A stretch of DNA of 64,000 bases from a virus, in IMG/VR virus record IMGVR_UViG_3300045988_042432; one strand, given 5' to 3'. Both the position numbers and the translations under genes were made by a program. The notes beneath the pieces are model-generated. The model worked only from the letters and a program-made list of their open reading frames with translations. It was not told the DNA's origin and did not search any database. Shown one piece after another: positions 35,083-42,884 of this stretch (position 1 is the stretch's first letter; each line of letters starts with the position of its first letter).

Positions 35083-38000
35083 GACATTCCTTTCTTAATT
35101 AGTTCAGAAGTTAATGAAGACATATGTTTAATCATATCAGCATGTTGCTTCTTCGCTGCCATTATGTCTTTATGGAATTGCTTATTATCTGCTAGCATTC
35201 TTCTGTTGAAATCCTTAGCTCTTTGAATTATAATCCTTTCCTGGGCTGTCAACCTTCCACCCTTAGCATAAGTATATGGGGTATTAGGAGAAGGAGTAGT
35301 TCTTTGGAACATCCAAGGCATTCCAACATTATTTCTAGAATAATTAAGCATATCTGTATTGTACTGTCTTAATAATTGTTGCTGTTTAGCTGTATTCCCA
35401 GCTTGAACTGCTGCATCATATTGTGGCTGCATTGTAGATAGTAACCCCTGCCTATAAGATTCAGCATCGTATTGTTTACGAGCTGCTCTATTCTGTCTGA
35501 ATTGATTTTCAATACCAGATAGGTAAGGATTAATAACTTGCTGATAATTAGCTGTAGTCTTAGCAGAATCAATTTGCGCCTTAGCAGCATCAATTTGTAG
35601 CATTGAAGCTCTATTTCTATTGGCAACATCAGTTCTTCTAGCTTTAGCAGCATCCGACTCTTGTTGAGCCATCATTCTTGTCTTATAGAACATATCAGCA
35701 TCAGCCATATCTCCTTGGAATCTTATATCACCAGCTTTGTTCTGTGCTTCTAATTCTCCAGCAAGCTGAAGCGATGCATCAGAAGTTCTAGGTCTAGCGG
35801 CAAGAGATGTCAAATTAGAAGCTTGCCTATCAGCAGATGCTTTAGCAAAGTAGTTACCAGTAATGGGTACAGTGTTCTCATATGTATCTATTAGCAATGG
35901 TTTTAGTCCAGCTTTGTACTGTTCAGCTGCCTTGTTATTAGTTGCCAATCCTCCAACCATTCTGCCTAATGCTATCACATCCTCTGGCAATACACTAAAA
36001 CCTCCTAAACCTTTCTTTTCACCTCCAGCTGCTCCGCGTACAGTACCGTCTCCGGCAGCTTTCTGTGACCTTTTAGCATCTCTAATTTGCTTCTTAGTAG
36101 GATTACTACCCATAGCTGGAACTGGAGATTCTAGTTTAGTTGGCATAGCTGGTTGTGGATTTCCACTAGTAATACCTGCTGCCTTAGCTTTAGGCATAAA
36201 GTTTAGCATTCCAGTATTTAAGTTCTTAATAACATCAATATTATCATTAACTCCAGCTCTAACTTTAGCTAGATTATCAGCACTGATATTGTTAGTTCCT
36301 AGATGTCTTAACCAAGTTTGGTCTCCTGCATATCCGTCAGCAGTCCATTGAGTACCCTTGTCAGAACTTCCACCTCTACCTGTTATTCTACCAGATTTAA
36401 CCAGACTAGCCATAGTTCCAGTATTCACTTTAGTATTAGTATTAAAGTTAGTCTGATAGTTAGCTACGTTCTGATTATAAGATAATCTAGAAGCCCCAGG
36501 CTTAGTAGCAGTAAATCCAAGATTACTGTAATCTCTTTGCATATTATTGTATGTACTAGCATTTGCTGGGTTAATCATGCCTAATGTGTCGTTGTAACCA
36601 GCACTTCCTAAGACGTCTGTGTTCCAATTCAAATCATTAGCAGATTGTACATTACGTATAGCTTTACCTCCTTGATATTTAGGAATTAACACTCCTCCGT
36701 TAGCTTTCTTAGTAACTCTGTCATCCTTAGACTTCTTCTTAGTCTTAGGTTTAGATTGCTTCTTAGGAAGTTCTCTTTTAACATGAGCAGTACTACGTTT
36801 GGGCGGATTAACTAATTCCCATAAGTATCTGGCATTCTTATCGGTAATCTTATTAGTAGGAGTAACAGTAATTTCAGTTGGAGTTGGTGGAGTATACACA
36901 TTCCTTCTAGGAGTTACATCCTCATATCCAAAATCCTTTTTATTCTTAACTGCTTCATCCCATACTTTATTGTACTCACGTTCAGCTACTGGTTGGAATA
37001 CTTCTCTGTAAGTCCTTTCCTTATTAGCTCTGGCTGCTCCAGCTAATGGTTGTTTAGGTGAAGGTTGATTAGTAGCCCATGCAGTCAAAGCTTCATTTCT
37101 AGCTTTTTGAGCTTCTCTAGCTTCAGCCTGCTTATTAAGCCTTTCATTCCTAATAGCTTCATTACGTCTGTTTCTATCTCCTGTGGCTCTAGTTTGTGCC
37201 AGCTTGTTTGGGTCAGTAATGTCTACAACTTGTCTTGACTTACCATCTCCCATGTGAAATACCCTGTTAGACGGAGTTACTTGATTAGGGGCAGGTAATG
37301 CTAACAGCTCTGAAGGCTTAGCTTGACCTTTATTAAGATTTCTGTATTTGAAAGAGTTGTACCATTGAGCTGGCTTATCAAGACCAGGAATAGATATAAC
37401 TCCAGTTTGCATTCTTTTAACTATTCCCTTCTCTGAATCTGAATAGACTAGAGGCACTTCGATATCACCTTTAGTAGTGCTGACTATTTTAGTTTTGTTG
37501 AAGTTGTATTCTGGTCTTACTACAGAATTGGGCAAACTAGTTATAAACGGATTGTGCCATGAGAAATTAACTTGACGACCTAATCTATCATCACTCTTAG
37601 TAATCTTCTGGAAAGCTGCCTGTTGGTCTTTGAGTTTACCATGACTAGCTATCTCGTCCAACTGCGCTCCAGTGACAGTGTATTCTTTACCAGTAGCGCT
37701 AGTTATTACATGATTTCCAGTAGCAGCAGCATTTCTAAGCTGTTTAGATTGTATTTGGCGTTTAACCCCTTTACCACCCCCAACTACAACTTTTATTAGT
37801 TCAGCCAAGTTTCTATAATCATCTACGGAAAGGTCTTTTGGGTTAGTAGCCAACTTTCTAGCTGATTCTATACCAGGGCCTGTATAGTTTATTGCAGCTG
37901 CTGCCGATAATAGTCTTGGAGTCCATTTTATAAGATTCTTGACTACCTTACTACCTTTAGCTGCCGCACCCAGTCCGGGAATTAGTCCAACTGTATCTAA

Positions 38001-39737
38001 ACCTAAATTCATAGCTAGACGTCCTGCATCTCCCCAGTCAAGACCATCTTGGCCCCAATCAGCTCCAAAATTGGCCAGTGTTCCAGCATAACCTACTACC
38101 CCAGCTCCAGGTATCATAGATATTAAATCAGCACCTATAGCCCCAAGCCTTGCATAATCAGAAGCAGTGAATCCAGTATCTGCTGGCTTTCTGCTATCAT
38201 TAACGGCTTGTTGTGGAGATTTACCAGATGCTACAGATTGTTCTACTTTAGCTTCCTTGTCAGCTTGACGTTTAGCATCTCTCTCCCTAATAGCTTTAAG
38301 TATTTCAGCATTAGCAGCTTCCCTATTAAACCCTATGCTTCCTCCCTGTTGGAAATATGAACCTCCCCGCTTTGGTACTCTAGGAGCAACTCTAGGTTTT
38401 GAACTATCAGTAGGATTCTCATAATGAGCATAGGCTATCTGTTGCAACGCAGGTATATCTAGCATAGATACTTCCTTGTACTGTTTAGTTTCAGGATTAT
38501 ATGCTATACTAGTATAATTATTGAAATCATATGTAGTGGGCACTGCTACAAAGCCATCGCCTATGTCTGGGAACTGTGACCTCATGACACTTAAGGCAGC
38601 ATCCATATTATTAACTATATGCTGTCCGTTGTCTGGTCTAAATGAAGTTCTTCCTAATACATTGGTAAAGTAATTTGCCATGTCTGGTTGACCTTTCAAG
38701 TAATCCAGTAAGTTGTCAATATTGTAATTAGGATTAACATTGCCGAAATGTCCTGACATGGAAGATTTAAACGGATTATTCTTTCTATAATCCTCAAAGT
38801 ATTTCTTAGTAGCTTCAGTCTTCAGTTCAGCCTTGTTAGTATCTATTATTTCTTTCTCCTTATTAGCTTGGTCTCTTAGACCTTTCTCTACATAGGCGTT
38901 AATTGCTTCATCTCCTAATATTCCTTTGCTTTTGGCATCTGCTATTAAGGACTTCCTGTAAGCATCTATCAAGTTTACATCATTACCTCCTTTAGAGACT
39001 TCGTCATTTAAATAAGTACCTAAATCTCCATAGCCCATAGCGGCAGAGAATTTTAGGTCTTCAGGGTCATATTTATTGTCTTCTAGAGCTTTTAACAGGT
39101 TAGAGCTTCTCTCTATCCAATTCTCTCTAGTTCCGAATACATCTTTGTTATATTCTGCTTCTGGATTATTAATGAAATCATTATGACTAGATTGTATTGC
39201 TTGTCTTAGGAATCCTAAGCGGTCTTGTGAATTAAACTTCCTCCATAGACTATCATCCCAGTTTCCTCCCATAGCTATATTAGCTAGTCTTTGTTTAAAT
39301 GAAATTGGAGCTGCCTTAGTTTGAGGTTTCTCTTCAACCTGTGCCTTATAAGGACTCATACCTTTAATATAGCTTAATGCATAATCACCAACTCTGTTGA
39401 ATGCATTATTCTCTGTATTCTTAGTACCTAATCCTAGAAATTTCTTGTCATATTTACCAGTACTACTCATTTGCCCAGAAGCATCTGTAAAGGTTCCGTC
39501 TCCATTCATAGTCACAGTCCCGGACTTAAGACCCTCTATGAATTGACCAGCAGCCTTTCTGAATTGGTCAGCTTTGTCCCCTTTTAGTCCGTTATTCTGT
39601 ATATAGGTGTCAATGTTTCTATATAAGCCAGATACTAAATCTGATTTGTTATATTTGTTAACATCTTTCCACTCAAACAGCTCTGGTTCTTGTGAGGACT
39701 TGCCACCAGTTTGATACTTTCTTATTGCTTGTGACAT
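35073..39737 (-). CDS. Large internal/ejection protein, 1554 aa (tape-measure-like composition)
   Basis: The N-terminus is MSQAIRKYQTGG. Internal copies are YFQQGG, KYQGG and YAKGG. Gly-zipper hydrophobic stretches are present (IPGAGVVGYAGTLANFG, GLIPGLGAAAKG), along with a Lys-rich patch and a C-terminal coiled-coil-like Q/A/R-rich region. Confidence 0.6.
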   Translation of the reverse strand: MSQAIRKYQTGGKSSQEPELFEWKDVNKYNKSDLVSGLYRNIDTYIQNNGLKGDKADQFRKAAGQFIEGLKSGTVTMNGDGTFTDASGQMSSTGKYDKKFLGLGTKNTENNAFNRVGDYALSYIKGMSPYKAQVEEKPQTKAAPISFKQRLANIAMGGNWDDSLWRKFNSQDRLGFLRQAIQSSHNDFINNPEAEYNKDVFGTRENWIERSSNLLKALEDNKYDPEDLKFSAAMGYGDLGTYLNDEVSKGGNDVNLIDAYRKSLIADAKSKGILGDEAINAYVEKGLRDQANKEKEIIDTNKAELKTEATKKYFEDYRKNNPFKSSMSGHFGNVNPNYNIDNLLDYLKGQPDMANYFTNVLGRTSFRPDNGQHIVNNMDAALSVMRSQFPDIGDGFVAVPTTYDFNNYTSIAYNPETKQYKEVSMLDIPALQQIAYAHYENPTDSSKPRVAPRVPKRGGSYFQQGGSIGFNREAANAEILKAIRERDAKRQADKEAKVEQSVASGKSPQQAVNDSRKPADTGFTASDYARLGAIGADLISMIPGAGVVGYAGTLANFGADWGQDGLDWGDAGRLAMNLGLDTVGLIPGLGAAAKGSKVVKNLIKWTPRLLSAAAAINYTGPGIESARKLATNPKDLSVDDYRNLAELIKVVVGGGKGVKRQIQSKQLRNAAATGNHVITSATGKEYTVTGAQLDEIASHGKLKDQQAAFQKITKSDDRLGRQVNFSWHNPFITSLPNSVVRPEYNFNKTKIVSTTKGDIEVPLVYSDSEKGIVKRMQTGVISIPGLDKPAQWYNSFKYRNLNKGQAKPSELLALPAPNQVTPSNRVFHMGDGKSRQVVDITDPNKLAQTRATGDRNRRNEAIRNERLNKQAEAREAQKARNEALTAWATNQPSPKQPLAGAARANKERTYREVFQPVAEREYNKVWDEAVKNKKDFGYEDVTPRRNVYTPPTPTEITVTPTNKITDKNARYLWELVNPPKRSTAHVKRELPKKQSKPKTKKKSKDDRVTKKANGGVLIPKYQGGKAIRNVQSANDLNWNTDVLGSAGYNDTLGMINPANASTYNNMQRDYSNLGFTATKPGASRLSYNQNVANYQTNFNTNTKVNTGTMASLVKSGRITGRGGSSDKGTQWTADGYAGDQTWLRHLGTNNISADNLAKVRAGVNDNIDVIKNLNTGMLNFMPKAKAAGITSGNPQPAMPTKLESPVPAMGSNPTKKQIRDAKRSQKAAGDGTVRGAAGGEKKGLGGFSVLPEDVIALGRMVGGLATNNKAAEQYKAGLKPLLIDTYENTVPITGNYFAKASADRQASNLTSLAARPRTSDASLQLAGELEAQNKAGDIRFQGDMADADMFYKTRMMAQQESDAAKARRTDVANRNRASMLQIDAAKAQIDSAKTTANYQQVINPYLSGIENQFRQNRAARKQYDAESYRQGLLSTMQPQYDAAVQAGNTAKQQQLLRQYNTDMLNYSRNNVGMPWMFQRTTPSPNTPYTYAKGGRLTAQERIIIQRAKDFNRRMLADNKQFHKDIMAAKKQHADMIKHMSSLTSELIKKGMSWK

Positions 39738-39753
39738 ATCGTATTATAAACTA

Positions 39754-39791
39754 AGAAAGGGACATATACTGTTTGATATATGCCCCTTTCT
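39754..39791 (-). terminator. Hairpin (terminator/attenuator or processing site) after the 106-aa gene
   Basis: A 15-bp stem AGAAAGGGGCATATA/TATATGTCCCTTTCT in the - strand RNA. The single non-Watson-Crick position is G-U in the - sense but A-C in the + sense. CTTAGTTTAT follows. Confidence 0.55.
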
Positions 39792-39805
39792 AACTTGTTA
39801 AATGA

Positions 39806-40126
39806 TTATCTAACTCTTCTAAGTTTAGAACCATTTCTTGCAAAGGTTGGTTCCTCTTGAGGAGCTTCTCCAGGTCCCATACCTCCCTGTGCTGCCGACA
39901 TAAGAGTCTGACATACAGCTAGAGCTGCTTCGCAGTTACCTGTTTGCACTGCCTGTGCTGCCACTTGAAGAATCTGTTCCATAGGATTACCTGCTTGTGC
40001 TCCTTCCGGTGCTCCGCCTTCCATTGGTGCTCCTTCAGCAGGTGCGCCTCCTGCTGCGGGGTCTTGTGGTACAGGAGCTGCACCACCTTGTTGCATAAAT
40101 CTAGCTACTTTACTTTGAATTTTCAT
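39806..40126 (-). CDS. Small Ala/Gly/Pro-rich protein, 106 aa, probably an abundant internal virion protein
   Basis: The N-terminus MKIQSKVARFMQQGG carries the shared motif. The middle is low complexity (AAPVPQDPAAGGAPAEGAPMEGGAPEGAQAG). A strand-specific hairpin follows. Confidence 0.55.
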   Translation of the reverse strand: MKIQSKVARFMQQGGAAPVPQDPAAGGAPAEGAPMEGGAPEGAQAGNPMEQILQVAAQAVQTGNCEAALAVCQTLMSAAQGGMGPGEAPQEEPTFARNGSKLRRVR

Positions 40127-40133
40127 AATTATG

Positions 40134-40916
40134 TTAATTTAAAGATTGAATTGTGTTTATTATCTCTTGCAAGTCATCGTTCTTATAATCATACCTTAAA
40201 ACATACAACTTACAGTTATTAGCTTTACATTTCTCTAGTTTATAACTGTCTCTTTCAACAGTTTTATTATATCCAAGTACTCCTCCAAACCTAGCTATAG
40301 GTTTATAATGCTGCTCCCCATTATATTCTATAGCAATATTATATTTAGGTATGTAGATGTCAAATCTTTGCTTACCTAGCCAATCAGGACTATATTCATA
40401 TAATATTTCCAAATCTGGAAATTCATTACATAACCTACTATATAGCTTGTATTGTGACTTGTACAAGCATTTTGGGCAACCATTACCTGATAAGTGTGAG
40501 TGAGGAGTCTGGTAGAACTCACCATGAATGGGGCATACTATACAGACATTAACTCTATTAGTAACATATGTAACTTTAGAGTAGTCATATTTATAATTAT
40601 GTACTTCATTAGCTTTCTCTATAAACTTATCAGTGCTGTTTCTGCACTTCTTTCCTACAAGTGCTCTAGCACATTTGGGACATCCATGCCCGTTGAACAA
40701 ATGAAGTGGTTTAGCTTCAAACTCATGAGAGCATACGTTGCATTTAACTTTAACTTTGGTTTTAGCATCTATATATTTAACTTTAGATATGTCTAATTTA
40801 TCACCAAATGTGTTTGTCAGCCTGGTTATGACTTCTTCTTGTGTTAAGTACTTACCCATAACATTATATTTGACTACAAATTTAGTGACTAAATTAGACA
40901 TATCAAAGCTAACCAT
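40134..40916 (-). CDS. Free-standing endonuclease: two tandem Zn-ribbon modules plus a C-terminal Vsr/DUF559-like PD-(D/E)xK domain (homing-endonuclease-like)
   Basis: There are two copies of the module KV.Y....V.V.C..(C/H)..F......HL.G.GCPKC. The C-terminus FDIYIPKYNIAIEYNGEQHY...ERDSYKLEKCK...KLYVLRY matches the DUF559/Vsr-like pattern (DF...IE.DG..H...D..R...L...RF). Confidence 0.7.
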   Translation of the reverse strand: MVSFDMSNLVTKFVVKYNVMGKYLTQEEVITRLTNTFGDKLDISKVKYIDAKTKVKVKCNVCSHEFEAKPLHLFNGHGCPKCARALVGKKCRNSTDKFIEKANEVHNYKYDYSKVTYVTNRVNVCIVCPIHGEFYQTPHSHLSGNGCPKCLYKSQYKLYSRLCNEFPDLEILYEYSPDWLGKQRFDIYIPKYNIAIEYNGEQHYKPIARFGGVLGYNKTVERDSYKLEKCKANNCKLYVLRYDYKNDDLQEIINTIQSLN

Positions 40917-40929
40917 TACTATTGTTATT

Positions 40930-40941
40930 TACATTAATGTA
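40930..40941. repeat. Perfect 12-bp palindrome TACATTAATGTA in the spacer upstream of the endonuclease gene
   Basis: Read directly from the sequence; function unknown. Confidence 0.5.
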
Positions 40942-40968
40942 GATAGTAATTATATTAAAATACTATGG

Positions 40969-41535
40969 TTACTTTTCAGGAGCCTCCACATATTCAGGCT
41001 CACGTTCATCTTGCTGTTTTAAATAGGTAAACATCTTCTTCCCGAGTGCCTTATAATCTCTATCTGCCTTAGATTTATCTGCTCTCTTAGCCATACGAAT
41101 AAGAGTTTTAGTATTCTTTCTACTAAAGATTCTCTCTCCTCCATTTAATTCCATTTGAGTGGAACCATCGGGAGCTATAACCTTCATAGTTGGTACTTCA
41201 TCATCGTCATCTATGTCAAGCTCATCTCCTTCCTTAATTCCAGAACCTTGATTTACTTCTAATACAAACTGCACATCGTCTTCTTCAGCAATAGTTTCAT
41301 CGTGCGGTTGTCCCTTATAAACTGATATTACTTCAAAATCTTCGTCAATAAATATTATATCAAGTGGAATGTCAGTATCTTGCATCCAGAAACCAACTGT
41401 TTGAGGTTCATCATATATGAACAGCATACCTTCATCTTCAGCAAGCTCTTTCTTGCCTTGCAATCCTTTGGTCTTCTCCTCATCTGTTTGAGCTACCTCT
41501 ACATTATACTTCTTATCGCCAATTTCTATTCTCAT
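40969..41535 (-). CDS. DUF192-domain protein with an acidic/basic C-terminal extension
   Basis: VEVAQTDEEKTKGLQGKKELAEDEGMLFIY....VGFWMQDTDIPLDIIFIDEDFEVISV......VLEVNQG..IKEGDEL follows the DUF192 consensus (A.t...r.rGLm.r..l....GMLF.f.....fWMknt..pLDiiF.d......i....vLE...G). Confidence 0.75.
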   Translation of the reverse strand: MRIEIGDKKYNVEVAQTDEEKTKGLQGKKELAEDEGMLFIYDEPQTVGFWMQDTDIPLDIIFIDEDFEVISVYKGQPHDETIAEEDDVQFVLEVNQGSGIKEGDELDIDDDDEVPTMKVIAPDGSTQMELNGGERIFSRKNTKTLIRMAKRADKSKADRDYKALGKKMFTYLKQQDEREPEYVEAPEK

Positions 41536-42884
41536 TCTACTACCTCCATTAGACCTGTATTGTCAACAGTGTTATTAATAATTTCATGTGCAAGTAATTT
41601 GCCAGCTTCTATAGCCGCGTCATCGCTTCCGTCCTTCATAAGTTCTTCTAGTTTCTTAGTAACTTCTAACCTGAAGATGATTTCATTACGCTCAATTTCA
41701 GCATGTTGCTTCAATTTACCACCTTCCTCTTCCGTTACTACAGGTATTCCTTTACTAGTTACTTGTTCATACTCTGGACTAATATCCTCCAAATGATGCT
41801 TGTGTGCATGTAATGCTCCGTCTGGAATTACATTGACTGTACCTCCCTCTGCAAATTTTGGTGGTTGCTCTTCTAACTTCTCTTTAGGTCTAATCTTAGC
41901 TTTAGTAAGAACTTCCCTAGCCCATTGTGATTCAGCATCTAGTATCTTCATTCCGTTTCTACCAACTGCCATATTTCTATAACCTCCACTAAGTGCTAGT
42001 TCATTTCTAAGACCAATTCCACTATAATTAGATGCTGCAAATGCATCCTGTGCTTCTTGATTAATATCAGATACCAAATTCTGCTGCCGTTTAGCTTCTG
42101 CTATTTGTGCATTAGCTTTACGTCTAGCCTTACCACTGAAGGCTCCGTACTTCTTACCACTTTTGGTGAGAGCATCATCTACCTTAGCCATTGAACCTCC
42201 ATAAGCTGAACCTTGCTGTTCCCAGGTTTCGTTATCTTTATAAATAGTATCAGCCTTCTTAGCTCCGAAAGCATTTACTAACCCCATTGGAGTTAACTTC
42301 ATAAATTTACTATCAAGAATCTTATCAGTAGTAGTCATTTGGTCGGTTCCTACTCCTAAAGCTGTAAGTCCATCTGACAACATACCACCAATCTTCATTG
42401 CCCCTCCAACGATAGTTCCTACTCCAGGTACACTAGAAATCATATTAGCTGCTGCATCATATCCCTGATTTAAGCCAGTAGTAAGTGCTGATTGCTCCTT
42501 CTTCGGAATAAAACTGCCAATCATATCAGCATAGCCTCCTGCCTTAGACATGGTGTTACCGATATTTGCTTTACTAAACAGCCCTCCACCAGGTTTAACA
42601 GTACTTCCAGCAGTTCCAGTTGCCATATTAGCAGCTGATTTAGATAATCCATTGACAGCTTTATTAGTATTAGCATTCATTAGTAATGCCTTAGAAGCCA
42701 TGTCACCACTAGCCGCACCAGCTTGTAATAAAGGATTATTGGCGGGAGAGAATTTATCGAAGTTAGCGGATTGTAATCCAGTCATTGCTGTATAGAGGTC
42801 GCTACTAGACTGTAGGGGAGTTATACTCCCCATACCTTGTCTTAATAGCGAATTTCCCCATTGGAATTTCATAATTTTACGCAT
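41532..42884 (-). CDS. Gly/Ala/Ser-rich internal/ejection-class virion protein, 450 aa (446 aa if it starts at ATG 42870-42872)
   Basis: The N-terminus (MRKI)MKFQWGN and the internal KFAEGG match the shared motif. A Gly-zipper stretch is present (VPGVGTIVGGAMKIGGMLSDGLTALGVG), plus a His cluster ALHAHKHH. Confidence 0.6.
   Translation of the reverse strand: MRKIMKFQWGNSLLRQGMGSITPLQSSSDLYTAMTGLQSANFDKFSPANNPLLQAGAASGDMASKALLMNANTNKAVNGLSKSAANMATGTAGSTVKPGGGLFSKANIGNTMSKAGGYADMIGSFIPKKEQSALTTGLNQGYDAAANMISSVPGVGTIVGGAMKIGGMLSDGLTALGVGTDQMTTTDKILDSKFMKLTPMGLVNAFGAKKADTIYKDNETWEQQGSAYGGSMAKVDDALTKSGKKYGAFSGKARRKANAQIAEAKRQQNLVSDINQEAQDAFAASNYSGIGLRNELALSGGYRNMAVGRNGMKILDAESQWAREVLTKAKIRPKEKLEEQPPKFAEGGTVNVIPDGALHAHKHHLEDISPEYEQVTSKGIPVVTEEEGGKLKQHAEIERNEIIFRLEVTKKLEELMKDGSDDAAIEAGKLLAHEIINNTVDNTGLMEVVE

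Larger units (their letters stand above)
40127..40968 (-). mobile_element. Possible free-standing homing-endonuclease insertion within the virion operon
   Basis: A nuclease gene unrelated to virion function sits between DUF192 and the Gly-rich protein genes. It is bounded by a 52-nt AT-rich spacer on one side and a 7-nt gap on the other. Confidence 0.35.

Noticed and set aside
39806-40126. Locally GC-rich segment as a horizontally acquired island
   Set aside because: The GC excess is explained by the Ala/Gly/Pro codon content of the encoded low-complexity protein. That protein also shares the N-terminal motif of its neighbours, so it belongs to the block.
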